A stretch of DNA of 64,000 nucleotides from Caldiserica bacterium UBA646 (GTDB lineage: Bacteria; Caldisericota; Caldisericia; Caldisericales; Caldisericaceae), in assembly GCA_002299965.1 (NCBI GenBank), contig DBOM01000062.1:16279-80278 (forward strand), given 5' to 3'. Under the pieces are notes generated by a model that saw nothing but the letters and a program-made list of their open reading frames with translations, made no database searches and had not been told where the DNA came from. Position numbers and translations under genes: made by a program. This document shows, piece by piece, positions 35,519 through 44,693 of the stretch (positions are counted from its first letter, which is position 1; the number at the start of each line of letters is the position of its first letter).

Positions 35519-36448
35519 ATGAACAAGAAAATACTAGTTTTATATGGTGGCCTTTCAGAAGAAAGAGAAGTATCTATTGGAAGTGGAAAAGCAATTGCCA
35601 AAAGCCTTAAAAGAAATGGGTTTATCGTAAAAACATTTGATTTCAAAGGCAAATTAGAGAAGATTTTAGAAGATTTTACTCCTGACGTTGTTTTTATTGC
35701 GCTACACGGAAAATACGGAGAAGATGGGACTGTACAAGGAGCTCTTGAAATAGCAAATGTGCCATACACTGGCTCTGACGTACTTGCCAGTGCAATCTGC
35801 ATGAATAAGCTTATAACAAAGCAACTTTTAACAGCTCAAAAAATAGAAACGGCCAACTACTATCCAATCAAGAAAAAAGAAAAAATCCTATTCAAAGAAA
35901 TTGCACATTATCTAAGAAGCAATAAACTCGTTGTAAAACCGGTTGACCAAGGTTCTACAATAGGAATAAGCATAGTAAACGACGAAAAAACCTTTAAAAA
36001 AGGATTAGACAAAGCATTTTCATTTAGTGATACTGTCATTGTAGAGGAATTTCTTGAGGGAAAAGAAATTACCGTATCAATTATAGGAAACGGAAATAAT
36101 ATTAAAGCGCTCCCAATTATCGAAATTGTGCCAGAAAATGAATTCTATGATTACGAATCAAAGTATATACCCGGAATGTCGCGTCACATCATTCCAGCAC
36201 GAATTCCTAAAAATGTATACGACAAAGCAAAAAGAAATGCTATATTAATTTACGAAGAATTTGGCCTTAGAGATTTCGCAAGAATAGACTTCATTGTCGC
36301 AAACAATATACCATTCGCCCTAGAAGCAAACACGATACCTGGATTTACTGAAACAAGTTTAGTTCCAGATGCTGCAAAAGCAGACGGAATAACCTTTGAC
36401 AATCTCACTGCTTACATTGTTAAAGAAGTATTGAAAAGGAGTAAATGA
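35519..36448 (+). CDS. ddl: D-alanine--D-alanine ligase
   Basis: The start is taken at ATG 35519 (MNKKILVLYGGLSEEREVS). It has HGKYGEDGTVQG and an ATP-grasp layout. Confidence 0.9.
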   Translation: MNKKILVLYGGLSEEREVSIGSGKAIAKSLKRNGFIVKTFDFKGKLEKILEDFTPDVVFIALHGKYGEDGTVQGALEIANVPYTGSDVLASAICMNKLITKQLLTAQKIETANYYPIKKKEKILFKEIAHYLRSNKLVVKPVDQGSTIGISIVNDEKTFKKGLDKAFSFSDTVIVEEFLEGKEITVSIIGNGNNIKALPIIEIVPENEFYDYESKYIPGMSRHIIPARIPKNVYDKAKRNAILIYEEFGLRDFARIDFIVANNIPFALEANTIPGFTETSLVPDAAKADGITFDNLTAYIVKEVLKRSK

Positions 36449-37044
36449 AAAAACTCGTCCTTTTAATTATAACTGTTATCCTCTTATTCGTACTCCTATC
36501 CCCGCTTCTCCCGGCAGAGCGCATACAAGTTTATAGTAACATAGAGATCAGTCTTGATGATATATTTAAAAAAGTAGGGACCCTATATTCTGTATATCAG
36601 TTAAAAATCCCGGCAAAAATCCACAGGAAACCCTTCAGCGTTGACGTATTTTATAATGAAATAATACTTGGCGCTATCCACTTTACAGATGGAGATTTTG
36701 CAATCTCGTCCAAAGGACATATTATAAACAAGGAAGAGGAGCTAGAAAATAACTTTTTTGCTGATTTCACAAGCAAAAGTTGGAATGAAAATTTTATTTT
36801 GTTGTTTGTTAATCTAAATAATTTGAATATACTTGATACGGTGGATAAATTTTCCATAGAAAACAAAATGGTTACATTTTATGATAAAAATAACATTCTT
36901 GTTATAATAGAAAAAGGAGACTATGTAAAAAAGTTGCAAGAATATAAAAAAGTAATAGAATTATTCAATGAGGAAATATATAAAATAAAAGAAATAAATT
37001 TGCAATACAAAGAACAAGCTATAATTAAATGGAGGGAAAAGTGA
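36445..37044 (+). CDS. Small FtsQ/DivIB-like membrane protein (called by position)
   Basis: 199 aa with an N-terminal TM helix, in the slot between ddl and ftsA. The sequence itself is not diagnostic. Confidence 0.5.
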   Translation: MKKLVLLIITVILLFVLLSPLLPAERIQVYSNIEISLDDIFKKVGTLYSVYQLKIPAKIHRKPFSVDVFYNEIILGAIHFTDGDFAISSKGHIINKEEELENNFFADFTSKSWNENFILLFVNLNNLNILDTVDKFSIENKMVTFYDKNNILVIIEKGDYVKKLQEYKKVIELFNEEIYKIKEINLQYKEQAIIKWREK

Positions 37045-38249
37045 ACGAAAAAATTATTTCTGCACTTGACTTAGGAAGCAGCACTATAAAATTTCTTATA
37101 GCTGAAGTGACGGATAGACGTCCTTCCATTATTGGCGTAGGGTCAGTTCCAAGTAGAAGTATCAATAAGGGGGTAGTAACAGATTTGAACAAAGCTGCCG
37201 AAGCCATTACAGCAGCCAAAAAACAGGCCGAAACAATGGCTGGCAAAAAAGCTACGCCTGTTTACGTCTCTATAAGCGGAAACCATGTATATTCGTTAAA
37301 CAATAAAGGCATAATTGTCATATCGAAAGAAGGAAGAGAAATAACAAAAGAAGATATAAGGAGAGTAGAAGAATCTGCAAAAGTACTTCTGCTTCAGCCA
37401 AATCAGGATATTGTCCATGTATTACCAAGACAGTTTATTATTGATGGTCAAGATGGGATAAGAAACCCGATTGGCATGTCAGGTATAAAATTAGAAGAAG
37501 AAGTACATATTATAACAGGCTCTACAACATCGCTCCACAACATTAAAAAATGCATTCGCATGGCAGATCTTGAGCTAAGCGGATTTGTGCTCCAATCCCT
37601 TGCATCATCATGTGCAATAATTAATGAAGAAGAAAAAGAATTAGGTGTGGCTATACTAGATATTGGAGCAGGCACAGGTGATCTTGCAATTTTTGCAAAC
37701 GGGAATATTGCCCATACCTCAGTACTGCCGATTGGAGGAGAATACATTACAAAAGATATTGCATACGGATTGAGGATACCTTTAGAGGAAGCAGAATCAA
37801 TTAAAAAAAACTACGGGTTTGTTGAAACGGAGAATAATAATAACCCAACAGGTGAAATAGAAATAGATAAATTTGGTAGCACCGAAAAAAGAAAAGTGTC
37901 TCTAGATTTTATTGGCAATATTATTACTTCAAGATCCGATGAAATATTGGAAGGTATACGCCTGGAATTGATGAAGTCAGGGTACTGGAACAATATTCCT
38001 GCTGGAATTATTATTACTGGAGGGTGCTCTCTGCTTAAAAATTTTGCTGAAAGAGCAAGTGAAATTATTGAAATTCCTGCTAGAATTGGTTATCCAGATG
38101 GAGATTTTGCAATTGCAGAATTTCTGCACAGCCCTGCCTATTCAACTAGCGTAGGACTCATAAAATTTGCAATAGAAAACGAGATGGCAAATTATAAAAA
38201 AATGGACTTTTTAAAACATTTATCTTGGGTAAAAGACATATTTGGTTAA
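37029..38249 (+). CDS. ftsA: Cell division protein FtsA
   Basis: Actin-fold motifs LDLGSSTIKFLIAE and LDIGAGTGDLAIF. An alternative start at GTG 37041 follows GGAGGG. Confidence 0.9.
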   Translation: MEGKVNEKIISALDLGSSTIKFLIAEVTDRRPSIIGVGSVPSRSINKGVVTDLNKAAEAITAAKKQAETMAGKKATPVYVSISGNHVYSLNNKGIIVISKEGREITKEDIRRVEESAKVLLLQPNQDIVHVLPRQFIIDGQDGIRNPIGMSGIKLEEEVHIITGSTTSLHNIKKCIRMADLELSGFVLQSLASSCAIINEEEKELGVAILDIGAGTGDLAIFANGNIAHTSVLPIGGEYITKDIAYGLRIPLEEAESIKKNYGFVETENNNNPTGEIEIDKFGSTEKRKVSLDFIGNIITSRSDEILEGIRLELMKSGYWNNIPAGIIITGGCSLLKNFAERASEIIEIPARIGYPDGDFAIAEFLHSPAYSTSVGLIKFAIENEMANYKKMDFLKHLSWVKDIFG

Positions 38250-38267
38250 TAAAGGAGGCTGATAATA

Positions 38268-39323
38268 ATGCTTGATCCGTGGGTAAGCGCCCAAGCAAAA
38301 ATTCGCGTCATAGGTATTGGTGGCGGAGGAAGTAATGCCATAAACAGAATGATGGATGAAGGAATAAAAGGAGTAGAATTCATTGCAATAAATACTGACG
38401 TCCAGGTGCTTGCATTAAACAAAGCAGAAAAAAAAGTGCAAATAGGCGCAAGAACAACAGGAGGATTGGGTGCAGGTTCTTATCCTGAAATAGGAAAGAT
38501 ATCTGCGGAGGAAAGCAAGGAAGAACTTAAAAAAATTTTAGAGGGTACCGATCTTGTATTTATCACGGCTGGCATGGGTGGAGGCACTGGTACTGGGGCT
38601 TCCCCTGTCATTGCATCCATTGCAAAAGAAATGAACATCCTCACAATAGCAATAGCAACAAAGCCCTTTAAATTTGAAGGAAGAAAAAGAATGGAAGTTG
38701 CCGAAAATGGAATAAAAGAGCTTACACCGGAAGTAGACACTGTCATAACAATATCAAACGACAGATTATTAAAACTCGTGGATAAAAAAACTACAATCAA
38801 CGATGCCTTCAAATTAGCAGATAATATATTGTATCATGCAGTAAGAAGCATCTCAGACCTTATTACAATGCCAGGCCTGGTCAATGTAGACTTTGCAGAT
38901 GTCAAAACAACACTTAAAGATGCCGGGACAGCATGGCTCGGCATGGGAAACGGACATGGAGAAAATAGAGCAACAGAAGCTGCAAGAGCGGCAATAAAAA
39001 GCCCGTTATTGGAATTTTCTTTGACTGGAGCAGACAGAGTTCTCTACAACATCACAGGAGGCAAAGACCTCACGCTGTTTGAAGTAGACGAAGCTACAAA
39101 AGTAATAACCGAATCGGCTTCTCCCGATGCAAACATAATCTTTGGTACGGCAATAGATGAATCACTTACAGATGAGATCTATATTTCTGTAATTGCCGCT
39201 GGTTTTGATAAATCCGCTCAAGTAATTAAAAAAATGAAGGTGCTTAATATTGATAGCGAAAGTATCGATATCGGCAATTTTGAAACCCCTGCATTTATAA
39301 GAAGAAAGAAAACGACTGAATAA
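38268..39323 (+). CDS. ftsZ: Cell division protein FtsZ
   Basis: Contains GIGGGGSNA, the tubulin signature GGGTGTGASPVIA, and the C-terminal peptide TPAFIRRKK. Confidence 0.97.
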   Translation: MLDPWVSAQAKIRVIGIGGGGSNAINRMMDEGIKGVEFIAINTDVQVLALNKAEKKVQIGARTTGGLGAGSYPEIGKISAEESKEELKKILEGTDLVFITAGMGGGTGTGASPVIASIAKEMNILTIAIATKPFKFEGRKRMEVAENGIKELTPEVDTVITISNDRLLKLVDKKTTINDAFKLADNILYHAVRSISDLITMPGLVNVDFADVKTTLKDAGTAWLGMGNGHGENRATEAARAAIKSPLLEFSLTGADRVLYNITGGKDLTLFEVDEATKVITESASPDANIIFGTAIDESLTDEIYISVIAAGFDKSAQVIKKMKVLNIDSESIDIGNFETPAFIRRKKTTE

Positions 39324-40211
39324 ATGAATCAACTGTCGGGAATAAAATTACTTGTAAATATTTCCCTATTTCTTTTGTCTATAATTCTTATCATTTCTGC
39401 TGGGAGTAACATCCTTGCTTATTCCAAAACTTCTCATATTAAAGTAGAAAATATCAAAGTACAAACTATCTGGCTAAAGATCCAAGCTGAAGGTTTCGTA
39501 TTGTTCGATATGAAACCCACCTTGTCACAAATAGATGGAATATTGGAACCAATTATAGAAGATGGAGTATTTGTTACTAAAAACGAAGTTATAGGGAGGA
39601 TTAAAAACGAAGAAGCTGTAGCAGATTTATTGTCTCCTGGAAAAGGAATCTTGCAATGGGCTCGGTATAAAAATTATGATTTTAATCTTCCGGCAGATTT
39701 AAATAATAATTCAATAAATAAAAATGAATTTGATATAATCTATCCGGGAGAATTTATACATGAAGGAGAAATAGTCGCAACAATTATTCCAAACGAATTT
39801 GCGTATCTGTATCTTGAAAATATAAATATTCCTGAGGATATAAAGACGCTGTACTTCAGCCAATTCCAAAATAATACACTTATAGAGGGAAACATTATTT
39901 TTAGAGAAAACAAATTTGTTGTATGCAAAGTATATGACTATTTGGAGTATATATTGAACGAAAATATTTTTTTGGTACAATATATCAACACAAACGGGAT
40001 AATTATTGCAGATAAAGATATAGTACAGAAAAATGGAAAAACAGGCATCTACGTGTTGAACGGGGAAAAAGTGCAATTTATGGAAACGCGTATTTATAGA
40101 GACGCAGAAAAAATCGTTGCAGAAATACCGGACACCAGAAGCGCTATCACCGTTGTAAGAACACCACATATAGTAACAGAGGGGAAAATTATAAACGAAA
40201 CGGGAAAATGA
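39324..40211 (+). CDS. Hypothetical membrane-anchored protein, possibly a barrel-sandwich-hybrid (HlyD-like) fold
   Basis: 295 aa with an N-terminal TM helix. It has lipoyl-hybrid-like segments DGILEPIIEDGVFVTKNEVIGRI and GEFIHEGEIVATI. Its ATG immediately follows the ftsZ stop. Confidence 0.45.
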   Translation: MNQLSGIKLLVNISLFLLSIILIISAGSNILAYSKTSHIKVENIKVQTIWLKIQAEGFVLFDMKPTLSQIDGILEPIIEDGVFVTKNEVIGRIKNEEAVADLLSPGKGILQWARYKNYDFNLPADLNNNSINKNEFDIIYPGEFIHEGEIVATIIPNEFAYLYLENINIPEDIKTLYFSQFQNNTLIEGNIIFRENKFVVCKVYDYLEYILNENIFLVQYINTNGIIIADKDIVQKNGKTGIYVLNGEKVQFMETRIYRDAEKIVAEIPDTRSAITVVRTPHIVTEGKIINETGK

Positions 40212-40216
40212 TAAAG

Positions 40217-40241
40217 TGTAACCTTTTTTAAAAAATTACGT
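40217..40241 (+). promoter_or_regulatory. ECF-type promoter candidate (autoregulatory)
   Basis: TGTAAC (40217-40222) - 16 nt - CGT (40239-40241) resembles the AAC-N16/17-CGT pattern of group IV sigma promoters. Confidence 0.3.
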
Positions 40242-40257
40242 TTATATAGGTGAGGAA

Positions 40258-40830
40258 TTGGAAAAAAGAGAAGAAATTGTTTTTGTTAAGAAAATTGTTT
40301 CAGGAGATGAAAAAGCATTTAGAGAATTTTATAAAATGTTTTTCCCTAAAATATATAAGTATGCTTATAGAAAACTACAAAACAGGGAACAAGCTGAGGA
40401 TATTACCTCAGAAACATTTTTTAAAATTTTTAAACATTTAGATACATATGAGAGCAGAATGAACGAAGGATTAGATATTTGGGTATACAGCATAGAGCGA
40501 AACGCTATAAGAGATCTGTTTAGAAAAAATGCAGGCGTAGAAATTCTTCCGCTTGAAGAAAAATGGGGAAATGTGCTACTTCCACCAATTGACGACCCAT
40601 ACATTATGATGGAGAGAAAGGAAATAGAAGAGATAATTAACGAAGAGTTGCAAAAAATTCCAAAACAGTATAGAGAAATTATTAAATTAAGGTTCTTTAA
40701 GAAAAAACATACTCGCGAAATTGCTGCAACACTTGGAAAAAATGAAGGGGCTATAAAGATAATGCAATTTAGAGCATTGAGCGCTTTAAAAGAAAAAGTT
40801 AAGGAGAGAATAAAAAATGCAAATCAATAA
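40258..40830 (+). CDS. ECF (group IV) sigma-70 family factor
   Basis: 190 aa. Region 2 reads FREFYKMFFPKIYKYAYRKLQNREQAEDITSETF. Region 4 reads YREIIKLRFFKKKHTREIAATLGKNEGAIKIMQFRAL. The TTG start is uncertain. Confidence 0.8.
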   Translation: MEKREEIVFVKKIVSGDEKAFREFYKMFFPKIYKYAYRKLQNREQAEDITSETFFKIFKHLDTYESRMNEGLDIWVYSIERNAIRDLFRKNAGVEILPLEEKWGNVLLPPIDDPYIMMERKEIEEIINEELQKIPKQYREIIKLRFFKKKHTREIAATLGKNEGAIKIMQFRALSALKEKVKERIKNANQ

Positions 40831-41296
40831 GGAAAAAGAACAAAGCATTTCAACCTTTATAGAGCACCTAATGGAAGAGAAATCTCCAAACTATAAAGAG
40901 CTAAATGGTGATGTGGATCTTTTATCCATAGCTGATATTGCACTGTTTCTCAAAAAGGGAGATGAAACTCCTGATAACAATTTCCGTAATAATCTCGAAG
41001 AAACGCTTTTATCCAAACTCAAAAAAGACCAATTAGTAAATAACGAACTAAGAAAACTAAAAAAAGAAGGGCTTACAAGATTTGCCATTGGATTCGCCTC
41101 AGTGCTACTTGTCATAGCAAGTTTGATGGGGCTAAAAACATCAAAACAAACTATACAACCAGTTAGAATAAAAGAAATCGACATAGTGAGAATAGAAAAT
41201 AAAAAAATAAATGGACAAAGTTTTGAAATTTTGTACACTAAAGAAAACTTTGCTATACTCTATTGGCCATTAGGTCAATTTAAAATGTTACAGTAA
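40817..41296 (+). CDS. Putative single-pass anti-sigma factor (non-ZAS, Cys-free)
   Basis: 159 aa. It overlaps the sigma gene by 14 nt and has one TM helix (FAIGFASVLLVIASLMGL). The call rests on context only. Confidence 0.45.
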   Translation: MQINKEKEQSISTFIEHLMEEKSPNYKELNGDVDLLSIADIALFLKKGDETPDNNFRNNLEETLLSKLKKDQLVNNELRKLKKEGLTRFAIGFASVLLVIASLMGLKTSKQTIQPVRIKEIDIVRIENKKINGQSFEILYTKENFAILYWPLGQFKMLQ

Positions 41297-41373
41297 TATA
41301 ATTTGGGAGGTGAAAACAGGCAAAAAAACGTAGAAAGAAGTAAGAAAACACAAATCTTAAAGGAGGAAAAAGT

Positions 41374-43596
41374 ATGAAAAAAGTATTAGCTTTAACACTT
41401 GCAGTAATGATGGTGTTTGTATTCTTCGCGGTAAGGCCAGCTTCGGTAAGCGCAGCAGGTTTCCCGGATGTCCCAGCAAACTACTGGGCAAAAAAACACA
41501 TTGACTACCTTGTTACACAAAAAGTAATAGCAGGTTTTCCGGATGGAACATTCAAGCCAGAAAGCCCTGTAACACGTGAACAGTTCGCAAAAATGATTGT
41601 TGTAGCAAAAGGCCTCTCGCTGTCCAATCCAGCAACACCAACTTATAGCGATGTTTCGAAATCGCGTTGGTCTTATGGCTACGTAGAAGCTGCATCGAAA
41701 GCAGGCTACATCAAAGGCTATGGAGGCGGCAAATTTGGGCCCGCAGATCCAATCACAAGAGAACAACTTGCCGTTCTTGAAATTAGAGTATTAGGCAAAG
41801 AAGCAGCATCACAGGTTTCAAGTCTTATCATTGCAACCTTCTCTAATGATGAAGCCAAAATTTCTTCATGGGCAAGAGGAGCAATGACACTTGCAGTAAG
41901 ACCTGATGCACAACTTCTTAAATGGGATAAAGAAAGAAACATTAGACCAAAAGCTGCCGGAACAAGAGCAGAATGCGCATATTCAATCTATATGATTCTT
42001 AAGCCAGCAGTAAAAGGTGGACAAGTTTCCATTGCAACTTCTGAAGAACCTAAAACTCTTTTTGATGCACTTGACTCAAGTGCAGTAATGAGTGAAGTAT
42101 TAGGAGCAGTCAATGAAGGCGCTTCAGCTACTCTCCCGTCGGGAAAACTTTATCCTGTTCAATCAGACTATATTCCAAGCGTATCCGGCGGTACCTGGAT
42201 TATCAATGAAGACGGCACAATGAAAACGACATGGAAACTTAAAAAGGGTATCAAATGGGCAGACGGCCAGCCAGTAACAGCAAAAGATTATGTATTCGGC
42301 TGGGAAATGTACTTAAATGATGCCGTGCAGGTTGTATCAAGAGATGTTGCGGAAAAAGTAGCAAAAGTTGAAACACCGGATGATTACACACTCGTTGTTT
42401 ACTGGACAACACCCTCTATCTGGGCTCAGTACGGTCCACTCGGTGCCGGCGTTTATCCTGCACACATCTTAAAACCAATTTTAGATTCAAATCCAGCAAA
42501 TATCAACTCATGCGACTACAATTTGAATCCGGTATCCAGCGGAGCATATAAAGTTAAAACATGGTCTCCCGGAAACTACATTATTTTGGAAAAGAATCCA
42601 AATTACTGGGCAGGAGAAGGTCTCATCGATAGATTCATTTATTATATAACACCGGATACAAACACAATGCTTATGCAGCTTCTGGCGGGTAAACTCGATA
42701 TGACAATGCCTGGCATTGGAATTGACGTACCACAGGCCGACGCAGCAGAAAAAAATGGGTTAGACAAAACATTTGACATTCGCTATGTCCAATCTGTTTT
42801 CTGGGAACATGTTACTTTAAATCTTGATGACCCAATCATGAAAGATGTGAACCTGCGTAAAGCGTTGATGTTTGCATTAGACAGACAAGAAATGAGCAGA
42901 AAAATATTTAGTGGTAAGAGAGATCTTTCATATGGGCCAATGCCAGGTGGAATGACTGCGTTTAATAAAGACCTTGTTGGCATGTATCCATATGACCCCG
43001 CAAAAGCAAAAGATATACTTACAAAAGCAGGCTACACCTGGAACAGCAGCGGCGCTTTAATTAATCCAGAAGGAAAGGAAGTTACTATTGATATTGAAGG
43101 CCCAGCAGGATATGCAGTGCGCGAACAGGAAATTGAATTTATGCTTAAATACTGGAAAGATAATCTCGGAATTTCTGGAAGTTACAAGCCAATGAGCTGG
43201 GGGCCAATGATTGACACCTGGTATGACGGCAATTTCCAAGCTTGCCTATTTGCGTGGGGCTCAGATCCAGCGGGAATTTGTTCATACACACTTTATCACA
43301 CTAGCCAAATTCCTACCGAAGAAACCGGTTGGGCTGGCCAGAACTTTACACATATTCGTGACGCAGAATTAGATAAATGGTTAACAATTTGTAATGATTC
43401 GGTTGATGATGCTGTTCGAATCGATGCCTCAAAGAAAATACAGGCCATCGTCTATGACCAGCTTCCAGAGCTTTACCTCAACTTGCATGTATCAGTCTGG
43501 GCAATTCGCAAAGGGCTTGTAGGCACCGAAGAGTATGACCTCAACGCTATAACACCAAGTTCATACAATGCTCAATACTGGTACTGGGAGAAGTAG
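41374..43596 (+). CDS. SLH-domain-anchored ABC transporter substrate-binding protein, family 5 (Opp/Dpp/Nik type)
   Basis: 740 aa. The signal peptide ends in SVSA/AG, with no lipobox Cys. Three SLH-like repeats follow: FPDVPANYWAKKHIDYLV..., YSDVSKSRWSYGYVEAA... and FSNDEAKISSWARGAM.... The remaining ~520 aa form an SBP_bac_5-like body. Confidence 0.85.
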   Translation: MKKVLALTLAVMMVFVFFAVRPASVSAAGFPDVPANYWAKKHIDYLVTQKVIAGFPDGTFKPESPVTREQFAKMIVVAKGLSLSNPATPTYSDVSKSRWSYGYVEAASKAGYIKGYGGGKFGPADPITREQLAVLEIRVLGKEAASQVSSLIIATFSNDEAKISSWARGAMTLAVRPDAQLLKWDKERNIRPKAAGTRAECAYSIYMILKPAVKGGQVSIATSEEPKTLFDALDSSAVMSEVLGAVNEGASATLPSGKLYPVQSDYIPSVSGGTWIINEDGTMKTTWKLKKGIKWADGQPVTAKDYVFGWEMYLNDAVQVVSRDVAEKVAKVETPDDYTLVVYWTTPSIWAQYGPLGAGVYPAHILKPILDSNPANINSCDYNLNPVSSGAYKVKTWSPGNYIILEKNPNYWAGEGLIDRFIYYITPDTNTMLMQLLAGKLDMTMPGIGIDVPQADAAEKNGLDKTFDIRYVQSVFWEHVTLNLDDPIMKDVNLRKALMFALDRQEMSRKIFSGKRDLSYGPMPGGMTAFNKDLVGMYPYDPAKAKDILTKAGYTWNSSGALINPEGKEVTIDIEGPAGYAVREQEIEFMLKYWKDNLGISGSYKPMSWGPMIDTWYDGNFQACLFAWGSDPAGICSYTLYHTSQIPTEETGWAGQNFTHIRDAELDKWLTICNDSVDDAVRIDASKKIQAIVYDQLPELYLNLHVSVWAIRKGLVGTEEYDLNAITPSSYNAQYWYWEK

Positions 43597-43625
43597 ATAA
43601 GAAAATAAGAAGATCGTAGTTATAA

Positions 43626-43653
43626 AGAGGGGAAGACTACAGTCTTTCCCTCT
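43626..43653 (+). other. Intercistronic hairpin after the binding-protein gene
   Basis: AGAGGGGAAGAC-TACA-GTCTTTCCCTCT forms a 12-bp stem with one G-U pair, followed only by TT. This is typical of differential-stability elements after SBP genes. Confidence 0.45.
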
Positions 43654-43682
43654 TTAACTGCATAATAGGAGGAATTACGCAG

Positions 43683-44684
43683 ATGAAAAATTATTTGATA
43701 AGGCGCCTTTTAGAATTGATACCGGTTCTGTTTGCTATTGCATTTGTCAGCTTCTGGCTCGTTTCTAAAATGGGAGACCCATTTGCAGCATTGATCATCA
43801 ATCCTCATGTCCGTCCAGAAGACATAGAAAGATTAAGACATATATGGCATTGGGATGAACCGCTTTTCATAAGATTTATATACTGGTTAAAAGATTTTAT
43901 CTATCCAAAAGCAGGCTGGGGTCTATCAATATTAGCACCGGGCAGAAATGTAATAGAAGTAGTAAAGTCAAGGATCCCCATAACAATGGCGTTTTCCGCT
44001 ACTTCAATGATTCTGGCTGTCGCTATTTCAATACCATTAGGAGTTTATTCGGCACTTCACCAATATTCAATTCCAGATTATGTCTTAACATTTTTTGCGT
44101 TTTTCGGGATGTCGATGCCAACATTCTGGTTTGGCATTATGCTAATGTATCTTTTGGCTGTAAAGGTTCACTGGTTCCCTGCAGCAGGTGCGCATTCTGC
44201 TTTTCTTGTAGTACAAGATATACCCGTTGAATTTAGTGAGGCTCCAAAAATAAGACAATTCATAGATACTGCATGGCATCTCGCTTTACCTATTTTTGTA
44301 CTTGTAGTATTCCAAATGGGGGCATGGCTTCGTTATATGAGATCTTCTATGCTTGAAGTAAAACATCAAGATTATGTAAGGACAGCAAGAGCCAAAGGGG
44401 TAGATAGCAGAACTGTAACTTACAAACATGCATTCAGAAATGCAATTATACCGATTATTACACTGATAGGCTTGTCATTTCCAGGATTAATTGGTGGAGC
44501 AATGATAACCGAAACAGTCTTTGCAATCGATGGCATAGGAAGACTCACTTTTAAAGCAGTTATGTCTCAGGATGTATTTGTTGCAATGGCTCTCATAACG
44601 ATTTTTGCAGTATTAGTTGTACTTGGAAATTTCATTGCGGACATATTGTATGCAGTTGTTGACCCAAGAATAAGGTACAGTTAG
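43683..44684 (+). CDS. ABC transporter permease (OppB/DppB type)
   Basis: 333-aa polytopic protein with an EAA-type loop (YVRTARAKGV), ending in DPRIRY. Confidence 0.85.
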   Translation: MKNYLIRRLLELIPVLFAIAFVSFWLVSKMGDPFAALIINPHVRPEDIERLRHIWHWDEPLFIRFIYWLKDFIYPKAGWGLSILAPGRNVIEVVKSRIPITMAFSATSMILAVAISIPLGVYSALHQYSIPDYVLTFFAFFGMSMPTFWFGIMLMYLLAVKVHWFPAAGAHSAFLVVQDIPVEFSEAPKIRQFIDTAWHLALPIFVLVVFQMGAWLRYMRSSMLEVKHQDYVRTARAKGVDSRTVTYKHAFRNAIIPIITLIGLSFPGLIGGAMITETVFAIDGIGRLTFKAVMSQDVFVAMALITIFAVLVVLGNFIADILYAVVDPRIRYS

Positions 44685-44693
44685 GAGGATGCC

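Noticed and set aside
41297-41373. ECF-type promoter (GAAAAC ... CGTA) in front of the SLH-SBP gene.
   Set aside because: The spacing between AAC and CGT is only about 11 nt instead of 16-17, so it does not fit the ECF promoter geometry.
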